Source of the DNA: a virus
Virus record (IMG/VR): IMGVR_UViG_3300031521_000011
Location: 104,245-168,244 of that record
Direction: 5' to 3' (one strand)
Length of the DNA: 64,000 bases
Shown here: positions 52,983 through 60,378 of the stretch, in pieces
How the letters are laid out: each line of letters begins with the position of its first letter
Numbering within the stretch: position 1 is the first letter of the stretch
Program-made: the position numbers and the translations under genes
Notes under the pieces: generated by a model
What the model saw: the letters and a program-made list of their open reading frames with translations, nothing else
What the model was told of the DNA's origin: nothing
The model's database searches: none

Positions 52983-53948
52983 TTACTCGGGCGCCTTTGT
53001 GTTTGAATTTGATAATTTAACCAACGCCTGAAGATTGTCTGTATGACAAAGTATTCTTGACTTATCCTCATGGCTAAGATTTTTTCTGGTAAGTGCATCC
53101 GAACATAGGCAGGCGATGGCGAACAGGATTGATTGCCTGGTATCCTCATCCTCAACAATTGGTATGATCTTGCTTTGCTTCTGGATAGTGGGTGCCATAT
53201 TCGCTTTGAGAACATTTATGGTGTTCATGATATCGGGTACCGATTCAAGCATGAGCTCCTTGTAGAATCCCTCATAGTCATAGGTGATCTTATCCAGCGG
53301 CTTAGATTCGATATCCTCCACATACTTGGTAAGCAGTTCGTAGCTCATCCTGTATGCATGGAAGCTGTGAGCAGTGTGAGTATAGCTACCAACTGGATAT
53401 CCCATCTCTTCCGCCACCCGGCGCTGCAGGGCAATGAATCCGACTGCATTCATGTAGGTGGCCCTGACGGCATCGTTGCTTCTCATCATTACCTGCATAT
53501 TCAGCCTTCCATCCCTATAAAGGAATTGGATGCTCTGCAGGCAGGCCGGATCTTTGTTTATGGAGTCAACTGCAAAATCCCTGATGCCCATTACCGCGCG
53601 CCGGGTATCCGCATTGCGCCTGAGTTCACTGTAAAGCCATGGGAGCTGTTTTTCAAAGCGGTTATGATAGGTATACTCCCAGCAGAGGCCGTCGCCAATC
53701 TTGAAATCCAGCACGCCATCCACAATTTCCATTGTGTACTGCTGCAGCTCCCGGTGACCTCCCGGGAACAGCCTGCTGATGAATGGCTCTGCCGTGGCAT
53801 TCTCCACAAACATTGTCATTCCGATTTCCTTGATATCCGTATTATAGTCGGGACACGGATAAATTGGACCCTCCCTCTCCAGTACCACGAGCGCTTTGTG
53901 GTATGCCTCAGGTAGATTTGGCGCTTCGACGAAGTGATGTCTGTACAT
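52983..53948 (-). CDS. thyA: Thymidylate synthase (archaeal-type ThyA / dUMP hydroxymethylase-like)
   Basis: YTYHNRF, DTRRAV, DPACLQ, MRSNDA..YMN, SFHAY. Confidence 0.82.
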   Translation of the reverse strand: MYRHHFVEAPNLPEAYHKALVVLEREGPIYPCPDYNTDIKEIGMTMFVENATAEPFISRLFPGGHRELQQYTMEIVDGVLDFKIGDGLCWEYTYHNRFEKQLPWLYSELRRNADTRRAVMGIRDFAVDSINKDPACLQSIQFLYRDGRLNMQVMMRSNDAVRATYMNAVGFIALQRRVAEEMGYPVGSYTHTAHSFHAYRMSYELLTKYVEDIESKPLDKITYDYEGFYKELMLESVPDIMNTINVLKANMAPTIQKQSKIIPIVEDEDTRQSILFAIACLCSDALTRKNLSHEDKSRILCHTDNLQALVKLSNSNTKAPE

Positions 53949-53969
53949 TAGATCGCTCCTTTCTTATTT

Positions 53970-54120
53970 TAAATAGGGTATACGGTAGTCTGGCTCTCAA
54001 CGGGGTTCGGACCCGTACTCAACGACAATGCGTCAGTCCTTCCAATTGGGCTATGAGATAAATTGAGTCTCTGTTCTTGATGCAGAAACCACAATCCCAG
54101 ACTACCGTATACCCTATTTA
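53970..54120 (-). ncRNA. 151-nt element: 24-bp perfect terminal inverted repeat enclosing a degenerate tRNA
   Basis: TAAATAGGGTATACGGTAGTCTGG (53970-53993) / reverse complement (54097-54120); inside are D-like and T-like arms and GCCA. Confidence 0.6.
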
Positions 54121-54128
54121 TTTTTAAA

Positions 54129-54217
54129 TGGCGGAAGTAGTAGGACTCGAACCCACAGGCCCTTTCGGGCTCACCGGTTTTCAAGACCGGCTCCTTAACC
54201 AATTCGGACATACTTCC
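54129..54217 (-). tRNA. tRNA-Ser(TGA)
   Basis: CCGGT CT TGA AA ACCGG, long V arm, GCCA. Confidence 0.95.
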
Positions 54218-54228
54218 AAAAAGCAAAA

Positions 54229-54316
54229 TGGTGCGCCGGGAAGGATTTGAACCTCCGTACCCCGAAGGGAGCAGGTTTACAGCCTGCCGCCATTGACCAG
54301 ACTCGGCCACCGACGC
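54229..54316 (-). tRNA. tRNA-Tyr(GTA)
   Basis: GCAGG CT GTA AA CCTGC, ACCA. Confidence 0.95.
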
Positions 54317-54319
54317 ATA

Positions 54320-54405
54320 TGGTGCGAGAGATGGGACTTGAACCCACACGGCCTTTCGGTCACCAGCCCCTCAAACTGGCGCGGCTGCCATTACGCCACC
54401 CTCGC
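54320..54405 (-). tRNA. tRNA-Leu(GAG)
   Basis: CCAGT TT GAG GG GCTGG, long V arm. Confidence 0.93.
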
Positions 54406-54409
54406 AAAC

Positions 54410-54486
54410 TGGCGGCTCCAGGGAGACTCGAACTCCCGACCTCTGCCGTGACAGGGCAGCGCGATAACCAACTTCGCTATGGAGTC
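54410..54486 (-). tRNA. tRNA-Asp(GTC)
   Basis: CTGCC CT GTC AC GGCAG, GCCA. Confidence 0.93.
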
Positions 54487-54489
54487 AAA

Positions 54490-54738
54490 TTACTGATTGG
54501 GTTTTCGTGACCACTTAAAGATACCTTCAAAGTTTAAATAGATGAAGAAGAGGATTCCAACGCCCTGTGCCCAGTTCCGGGTTGCGACGTCAAAAGCTAT
54601 TGTACATGCATTTGCGATTAAAAACAAGTAGAAGCCCTTTGAATTTTTTCTGTTGATGAAAATTGAACCTGCGATGCTGAAAATGGTGGAAACCCATAGT
54701 GCTACCTGGAGAATGTCTTGTGTTGTCATTTCTTCCAT
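54490..54738 (-). CDS. PnuC-like small membrane protein
   Basis: Three TM segments; RKNSKGFYLFLIAN..WAQ..LNFEGIFKW. Confidence 0.55.
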   Translation of the reverse strand: MEEMTTQDILQVALWVSTIFSIAGSIFINRKNSKGFYLFLIANACTIAFDVATRNWAQGVGILFFIYLNFEGIFKWSRKPNQ

Positions 54739-54908
54739 CCTACCCCACTTTTTCTATTCTTTTTTCTTTTTATATTGACAATAATACAGGCTCCAAGAAG
54801 AGCAGCAATTAGCGCAACAATAACACCAATATCAATGATGACCAAGAATAAGAGTTGATCCACAATTTTAACCAAATGCATCTTTTTACCTCCTATTTGA
54901 TTTTAGAA

Positions 54909-55004
54909 TGCACCCAGCTGCCGGGCTCGAACCGACATACTCCCGTATCCACGATGATCAGTCATGAGTCGTTGGAGTTCTAGGCCAATTGATTTAAACT
55001 GGGA
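54909..55004 (-). ncRNA. Degenerate tRNA-like RNA with expanded anticodon region
   Basis: CCCAGTT/AGCTGGG acceptor; GTCGG TTCGAGC CCGGC T arm. Confidence 0.45.
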
Positions 55005-55009
55005 TAAAT

Positions 55010-55085
55010 TGGAGCTCCGGATAGGAATCGAACCTACAACCTCCTGATTACAAATCAGGCGCTCTGCCAGTTGAGCTACCGGAGC
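55010..55085 (-). tRNA. tRNA-Thr(TGT)
   Basis: CCTGA TT TGT AA TCAGG, TCCA. Confidence 0.95.
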
Positions 55086-55086
55086 A

Positions 55087-55315
55087 TGGTACCGGGTGTT
55101 GTCGCACATCCGGCAAATCGCCTTTTCTATATACGAGCCGGCCGGCTGCATACACAGAAGGGCTGCATCACCATACTTACTGCATTAGCCGGCCGGCCTA
55201 CAGGTTTTCTGGATCGCGGTTGCCCTGTTGGTGCCACCCGAGTAGACGCCGAGCCACTCTTTCCGATGGTATTTTCTTACCACCACCCCTACGCTTGGGC
55301 TAGGATGACATGTAA
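55087..55315 (-). ncRNA. Candidate ~230-nt structured RNA ending in ACCA
   Basis: 11-bp GCCGGCCGGCT stem (55137-55147 / 55187-55197) and other hairpins; fills the gap between two tRNAs. Confidence 0.35.
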
Positions 55316-55392
55316 TGGTGCTACCTGATGGGATCGAACCAACGACCTCTCGCGTATCAGGCGAGCGCTCTAACCAGCTGAGCTACAGTAGC
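55316..55392 (-). tRNA. tRNA-Ile(GAT)
   Basis: CTCGC CT GAT AC GCGAG; one acceptor and one T-stem mismatch. Confidence 0.85.
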
Positions 55393-55397
55393 ATATT

Positions 55398-55464
55398 TGG
55401 CGAGGCATGCTTGGGGAGAAAGCACACCCCGCCGGCGCTTGGGAAAGAGGAGAATACTGCCTCA
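55398..55464 (-). ncRNA. CCA-ending tRNA-minihelix-like RNA with pyrimidine-rich loops
   Basis: GAGGCA..TGCTT-TCTCCCC-AAGCA-TGCCTC-G-CCA. Confidence 0.4.
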
Positions 55465-55474
55465 CAGAGGAGGC

Positions 55475-55552
55475 TGGTGGATCTTCTCCGATTCGGACGG
55501 AGGACCTATCGGTTATGAGCCGACTGCTCTGACCAGGCTGAGCTAAAGATCC
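55475..55552 (-). tRNA. tRNA-Ile2(CAT, lysidine type)
   Basis: GGATCTTTAGCTCAG..GG CT CAT AA CC..; body resembles Firmicute Ile2 rather than Met. Confidence 0.85.
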
Positions 55553-55891
55553 ATGTTGTAAATGCATTGTGGCTCGAATCGTGCTCTTATTGTACACTGT
55601 TCGAGGAATGTATTCAAGATAGAAATAGAGTCTGTCAATAACATTGCAAACTTTTCCTTCAAGGTGCTCTTCATCAATGGTCGTAGGTTAAAACCATCAA
55701 TTTACTTTTTCACCCTGCTCTATACCTCGCCATATGTACGAGATATAATGCGTTCGCAAGAGGCCATCGACAGAACTCTATAACCCGGTCTGTTCCCGGA
55801 GCCAGAGATATTTTGCAGCACGTTTCGGCAGTACAAGTACCGGTGCGCGGGAGTCTGCGTCCTTTTAGCAAACGCAGAGTCTCTACCCAAC

Positions 55892-55966
55892 TGGAGCGGG
55901 TGATGGGACTCGAACCCACACAACCAGCTTGGAGGGCTGGTCTTCTAGCCGTTGAATTACGCCCGC
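55892..55966 (-). tRNA. tRNA-Gly(TCC)
   Basis: GCGGGCG acceptor, CCAGC CC TCC AA GCTGG (C33), TCCA. Confidence 0.88.
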
Positions 55967-55969
55967 GTG

Positions 55970-56662
55970 TTACTGTTTAATATACTCAAGATAGCTCTTC
56001 GAGTCAATACCCCTTGGCCCTTTTGTTCCACGGGTACCTACCGGGCAGCCGGGATATTTTGCATCGCACTCTCGGCAGACATCTTTCTCACCACGAGGAT
56101 AAGAATCACGCAGTGGTATCGTCCTTCCGCAGTCCGAGCATTCCACAACAAGCCCCATAGGTTCGTCGTCATCATCCAGGTCGCAATCCATTTCCTCCGC
56201 AGCCATCGTGTATGGGCAGACGTTACTGTTTTCGTTCATAGGCCTCTCGTCAACTATTTCCTTTAACCGCCTGAGTTCACATTTGTCCTGATCTCCCAGG
56301 CAGCCCAGGCAGCGCATGGCTGATGCCTCTAGCAATTCTTTCACCAAAGGCTTCGATATAACCATATTCTGTCCCTTGTTTTCGATATAGTTTACGCCTG
56401 GAACGAACATCTGAATTTCAACCTTTTGACTATCCTTCATCATTTGAGCGGCAAATCCCTTTTGATTCTCCTCCATGCGTTTCAGGATTGCCTCAAGAAC
56501 TATGGAAACATTCGCCTCTGCAGACACCAGGAGATCGTGTTCCGATTCAGGAACAATTCGATTTTTCCATTGCTGAATAATATCATGAGCTTGGCCCATA
56601 AAGCCGACCATGAATAGGAAATTATTACGATCTTGCCGATTTAAATAGGATTTCAATTTCAT
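55970..56662 (-). CDS. Conserved-looking phage protein with C-terminal Cys motifs
   Basis: CLGC..C..CPY, CSDC..CREC; SD GGGGAG. Confidence 0.6.
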   Translation of the reverse strand: MKLKSYLNRQDRNNFLFMVGFMGQAHDIIQQWKNRIVPESEHDLLVSAEANVSIVLEAILKRMEENQKGFAAQMMKDSQKVEIQMFVPGVNYIENKGQNMVISKPLVKELLEASAMRCLGCLGDQDKCELRRLKEIVDERPMNENSNVCPYTMAAEEMDCDLDDDDEPMGLVVECSDCGRTIPLRDSYPRGEKDVCRECDAKYPGCPVGTRGTKGPRGIDSKSYLEYIKQ

Positions 56663-56687
56663 GTCAGAATCACTCCCCTTGTTGTTT

Positions 56688-56720
56688 AAAAATCCCCGGG
56701 CGCAGCAGACGCCCGGGGAT
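56688..56720 (-). terminator. Rho-independent terminator
   Basis: ATCCCCGGGCG-loop-CGCCCGGGGAT-TTTT. Confidence 0.75.
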
Positions 56721-56807
56721 ATGCATTACACACTTAGTTTTTAAAAAATCATAAGGTCCGGCATATTCGCACAGCAGCTCCCTTGCCGGGCCATAAATTG
56801 AGTGTAC

Positions 56808-56984
56808 TTACCCATACGAAGATGGCGGCTGAGCAACCAGAGCTTGGCGCAACAGCGGCCGAACGTCGTAGTACTCGACTTGTGTTCGAGCATTATATTG
56901 AAGGACATGCTCGCCGCCCTTGCTGCGCAATACAAAGGCGCCAGGATTAAAAAGATGTTCGGTAATTAATAACCAATAGAACAA
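56808..56984 (-). CDS. Small protein (58 aa, TTG start, not in ORF track)
   Basis: AAAGGAGG SD, then MFYWLLITEHLFNPGAFVLRSKGG... Confidence 0.5.
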   Translation of the reverse strand: MFYWLLITEHLFNPGAFVLRSKGGEHVLQYNARTQVEYYDVRPLLRQALVAQPPSSYG

Positions 56985-57003
56985 CTCTGACGCCTCCTTT
57001 AAG

Positions 57004-57342
57004 TTATATCCTTGTAATTCGATCTACCAGTGACGGGTCCGGTATCTTATAGAGTGGGGTTTCGGGGATAATCTTGATCGAGATCATCTTCATTATTTCC
57101 TGGGCGAGAGCTATCTTGAGTTGTTCTTGCCCGTTCCCACGCCAGCCATTTCCATTATCCTCAAACCACTGCAGCGCGGCCTTGTTCATCATGGCCTGCA
57201 ATGTCGATTCGGAGAAGTGGTGAGCGATATAATCCTTCGCCACGGTGGCCACAGATTCCTTCGTCCATTCCTCGATATCTGCTTTCGTGATACCAAGCTC
57301 GTTGGCCATGTAGTTCTTGAACATTGTGTATCTCTCTGACAT
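57004..57342 (-). CDS. Hypothetical protein
   Basis: AAGGAG SD. Confidence 0.6.
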   Translation of the reverse strand: MSERYTMFKNYMANELGITKADIEEWTKESVATVAKDYIAHHFSESTLQAMMNKAALQWFEDNGNGWRGNGQEQLKIALAQEIMKMISIKIIPETPLYKIPDPSLVDRITRI

Positions 57343-57356
57343 CTCTGACGGCTCCT

Positions 57357-57602
57357 TTACTGTTTAGATTCTTTTTCCAGCTCTTCAGCATTCTCCATCA
57401 TGTAGGTACTGACATCTATATATCCTTTAACGGTTTGCTCTTCGGCAAAGCCTCTGAACTTTACTCTTGCTGGAAATGCACTGACTGCGATACCGTCTTT
57501 CACCTGAATAACAATGGCCCATCCAAATGTATGGAGGATCATATTTATCCACCACAGCATCCCGCATTCCTTGAATTCCTGCCATGTCTTTTCCTTTATC
57601 AT
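57357..57602 (-). CDS. Conserved-looking small phage protein
   Basis: WQEFKECGMLWWINMILHTFGWAI..FRGF. Confidence 0.65.
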   Translation of the reverse strand: MIKEKTWQEFKECGMLWWINMILHTFGWAIVIQVKDGIAVSAFPARVKFRGFAEEQTVKGYIDVSTYMMENAEELEKESKQ

Positions 57603-58204
57603 CGCTTTTCCTCCCTCATATTTGTTTCGAGATATGGAATTGTTGGGATGTATTCCTCGGTATACTCACTATATTGGGTCATATTGATTGCATGGCCATC
57701 GGATTCAATGAATCCAAATATGCCATACAGATTATCTAACATAACTCTGTACACGAGCATATTGGGGCTATAAAGTTTACTCTTGAAGATGATCATATCG
57801 GATCCGCTGTAAAATTTGTGTAGCGCTGCGGCCACGGCGGCGGAGCGGCTGATACCAGCCCAGCAATGAATGAGGATATAATCGACGTCATTCGTCTTGA
57901 TGTGCTTATCTACAAACTCAATGATACGCCGGGCCATCAGGCAATTAAAGAGAACGTAGTTGAGGTGGAGGCCTTCTGTTCGGCCTGTCCTCTCACATCT
58001 TTCGACCATCTCCTGGTCGACGTCGCTGAAGAGCTCGGTGATGACATCTACACAGACGTCATTTGGTGTAAATATGAATCCATTTCCTATATCGGGTTCC
58101 TGGATGGAGATGAGGGCATATTTCTTCCCGGCAAATTCCGGGAACTGCTCCGGATGCGTGTAGAAGCATTTTGCCTGAATAAAACCGAATACTGCTGTTT
58201 GCAT
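57599..58204 (-). CDS. Cys-dependent (CX5R) phosphatase, PTP/DSP-like
   Basis: ILIHCWAGISRSAAVA; PNMLVY. Confidence 0.85.
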   Translation of the reverse strand: MQTAVFGFIQAKCFYTHPEQFPEFAGKKYALISIQEPDIGNGFIFTPNDVCVDVITELFSDVDQEMVERCERTGRTEGLHLNYVLFNCLMARRIIEFVDKHIKTNDVDYILIHCWAGISRSAAVAAALHKFYSGSDMIIFKSKLYSPNMLVYRVMLDNLYGIFGFIESDGHAINMTQYSEYTEEYIPTIPYLETNMREEKR

Positions 58205-58344
58205 AATACCTCACCAGAATAAATTTCCACCATCATCGGGAGGATCGAATTTGATGTTATATCTGTCGTCCAGACCTCTCCACCATTTAGCAATCTTCTT
58301 AAGCAAGTTAATGATTTTCTTCATGGCTACCTCCTTCGTAAATA

Positions 58345-58425
58345 TGTCAGGGGAATGCGGTGTCGAACCGCTTATCACCTCCCAGGGATGCATACTCCTG
58401 GGCGCTTTCCGTCAGCTACTCCCCT
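58345..58425 (-). ncRNA. tRNA-like RNA, 6-bp anticodon stem with 10-nt loop
   Basis: AGGGGAG/TTCCCCT; CCCAGG-AGTATGCATC-CCTGGG; GCGG TTCGACA CCGC. Confidence 0.55.
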
Positions 58426-58618
58426 ATGTGAGCCGACCTATTGTCGGCAGTCACTGCGTTATGACATGACCCATGCGATTGATCGCAGCCAACCCGTAGC
58501 TACGGCCCATGTCTGCCGTCCGCACCTTCTCCGAACTTCTTGCGGTGTTTGCCGTTCACATATCGTCCTGCGTTTATATTTGCATCTCTGCATCGACGCA
58601 AGCTCGGTTGGCAAAGAG

Positions 58619-58696
58619 TGGTGGAGGGAGTGGAGATCGAATCCGCGACTTCCCGGGTTTCTGGCCCGGTTGCTCTACCAGCTGAGCTATCCCTCT
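58619..58696 (-). ncRNA. Non-canonical tRNA (AGA loop, C33, short V arm, A1-C72 mismatch)
   Basis: GCTCAGCTGGTAGAGC; CCGGG CCAGAAA CCCGG; TTCGA; ACCA. Confidence 0.6.
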
Positions 58697-58865
58697 ACGA
58701 AAGCCGGTCTTTCCCGGCAGCATAGCTAACATCCTTAACGTACTTCCTGCTCATGCATAGCGGCATTACGAGCAATCAACCGCGTGTACGCCTGCGGGGC
58801 CTCCTTTATGTGCCTTCGTAAGCCATTCCAGATCTTTGATACTACAGCGATCGGCACCGGAATTG

Positions 58866-58939
58866 TGGTGGAAGGTGCAAGAACACGAACTTGCTTCTAC
58901 GAATATTATCCGTATGTCTTCCCGCTAAACGACCCCTCC
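58866..58939 (-). ncRNA. Non-canonical tRNA (AAT loop, 8-nt T loop)
   Basis: TACGG ATAATAT TCGTA; GCAAG TTCGTGTT CTTGC; ACCA. Confidence 0.5.
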
Positions 58940-59212
58940 ACGATGAATACCAACACATACGACATCTATCTTATCTGTCTCTGGATTATAGGGTTTTAGG
59001 AAACATTTCTTTGGCCAGCCTTGCTCACCCCTTTCTATCCTATAGTCATATATGTCTCCACCTCCGGATACTGGACAACTGAACCAATTTTCGCAATACC
59101 CGCCTCCATCATTCTTTGTTGCATTCGGGCATTCAATGCATGAGGTAACTATTTGAGGTGGCCTTCTCGTGATTTGTTCAGGGCAATACTTCGGCTTTCT
59201 GTCCATGAGCAC
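58925..59212 (-). CDS. Small Cys-rich protein
   Basis: SCIECP..YC..WPKKC; SD AGAGG. Confidence 0.45.
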   Translation of the reverse strand: MLMDRKPKYCPEQITRRPPQIVTSCIECPNATKNDGGGYCENWFSCPVSGGGDIYDYRIERGEQGWPKKCFLKPYNPETDKIDVVCVGIHRGGVV

Positions 59213-59220
59213 TTACCTCT

Positions 59221-59493
59221 CTATATAATTTCCGGGAAACAAGGTGGAAGAGCCACGGTCTTTTTAACAACGATTGTTGTTTGCTTGCTGCCAGACTCAT
59301 AACGACGCCATTCTTCACCCACTCTAGTAGTTTCAACTAGATCAGATACCGAAGATACGAACAGCAGGTCCGTGGATTCCTGGATCATCCTACACAGCAG
59401 GTCTTTCATGCTCTGGTCTAACTCTGTGTTCGGGGGCATCGATGCTATACTTCTGCTTATAGCCAATTCATTCTGATCAATTTTGATTTTCAT
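59221..59493 (-). CDS. Hypothetical protein
   Basis: GGAGGTG SD. Confidence 0.6.
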   Translation of the reverse strand: MKIKIDQNELAISRSIASMPPNTELDQSMKDLLCRMIQESTDLLFVSSVSDLVETTRVGEEWRRYESGSKQTTIVVKKTVALPPCFPEII

Positions 59494-59516
59494 GTATTCA
59501 CCTCCCTCTTATAGTT

Positions 59517-59735
59517 TTAAAGCACACGTGAATCTTTGGATTTTTTCTTAAGGCGGATAATTGTATACATATTACCTGCAACAGGTTTTCCGCCAGGCTC
59601 TCCATCCATAACGAACAAATCACGCCAAGAGCTGAATTCTATCTCATCTGCTTCTTGAGTAAGCTCACACACCATATTCTTGCAGTGTTGGAGTCTTTCC
59701 TGATTTTCCTTTTCACTGAGTTCGCCTTCAGGCAT
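59517..59735 (-). CDS. Hypothetical protein
   Basis: AGGAGG SD. Confidence 0.6.
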   Translation of the reverse strand: MPEGELSEKENQERLQHCKNMVCELTQEADEIEFSSWRDLFVMDGEPGGKPVAGNMYTIIRLKKKSKDSRVL

Positions 59736-59771
59736 ATCAAATTCCTCCTTATAATTTTAAAGGTTGATGCA

Positions 59772-59886
59772 GTGGAGTGGCCGGACTTGAACCGGCGACC
59801 TCCGGGGTGATGGGTGCCGCGCGTGCACACCCACCGGCCCGGTGCTCTAACCATCACAAGGACTTCCAATACTGAGCTACACTCCT
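59772..59886 (-). ncRNA. tRNA-like RNA with D-loop insertion and greatly extended anticodon hairpin
   Basis: GGAGTG TAGCTCAG..GGTTAGAGC; CCGGG..GGTGGGTG-loop-CACCCATC..CCCGG; GCCGG TTCAAGT CCGGC. Confidence 0.6.
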
Positions 59887-59894
59887 CCACACTA

Positions 59895-59965
59895 GGGCGG
59901 TAGATGGAATTGAACCACCGACTCGGCTTTCGCGGCCCGCTCTACCAAACTGAGCTATACCACCC
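59895..59965 (-). ncRNA. tRNA-like RNA with truncated anticodon arm, G-1:C73
   Basis: Canonical acceptor/D/T arms; anticodon arm reduced to GGC-CGCGAAA-GCC. Confidence 0.6.
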
Positions 59966-59975
59966 ATAAAAGGAT

Positions 59976-60048
59976 TGGGCGAGAGAGGGCCTCGAACCCT
60001 CGACTGACGGCTATACCGTTTGCTCTACCAACTGAGCTATCTCGCCCA
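59976..60048 (-). ncRNA. tRNA-like RNA with truncated anticodon arm, G-1:C73
   Basis: GGCGAGA/TCTCGCC; ACGG-TATAG-CCGT; GAGGG TTCGAGG CCCTC. Confidence 0.6.
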
Positions 60049-60221
60049 TGCGCTCCTGCCGTCAACTCACATAAGTGCGTGTCGGCAGGAGCCATTGCCG
60101 CTGTTTCCCGGCTGCCAGGCCCGGCTACTGGGATTAAAGGTCATACCAGCCACGGAGCCATTGAGCAGGTTACTTTCTCTTTGACCGCCTTCCAAAGAAC
60201 CTTGCATAAAGAATGTCAGAC

Positions 60222-60295
60222 TGGAGCCGAGGGATGGAATCGAACCACCAACCTTCAGTTACGCGCCGCTGCTCTACCATTGAGCTACCGTTTGG
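60222..60295 (-). ncRNA. Degenerate tRNA-like RNA (D and T arms intact)
   Basis: GCTCAATGGTAGAGC; GGTGG TTCGATT CCATC; TCCA. Confidence 0.5.
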
Positions 60296-60305
60296 AGCTT
60301 TACGC

Positions 60306-60374
60306 ACCGCACGAGCGGGACTCGAACCCGCAACCGACGGTTTCACTGACGCTCTACCATTGAGCTACCCAAGC
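60306..60374 (-). ncRNA. Degenerate tRNA-like RNA (D and T arms intact)
   Basis: GCTCAATGGTAGAGC; GCGGG TTCGAGT CCCGC. Confidence 0.5.
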
Positions 60375-60378
60375 ATGT

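Noticed and set aside
55087-55315. tmRNA, RNase P RNA or T-box riboswitch
   Set aside because: Lacks the tmRNA GGGG 5' end, T-loop and tag ORF, lacks GGAAAGTCC, and the T-box-like 10-mer has no proper antiterminator or stem I
53969-55923. ORF-track proteins overlapping tRNAs (53969-54349, 54903-55151, 55370-55597, 55710-55923)
   Set aside because: Translations of tRNA sequence; no RBS
56741-56990. GC-rich stretch as a structured ncRNA, and the 56741-56935 ORF
   Set aside because: Better explained by a 58-aa TTG-start CDS (56808-56984) with a strong AAAGGAGG SD
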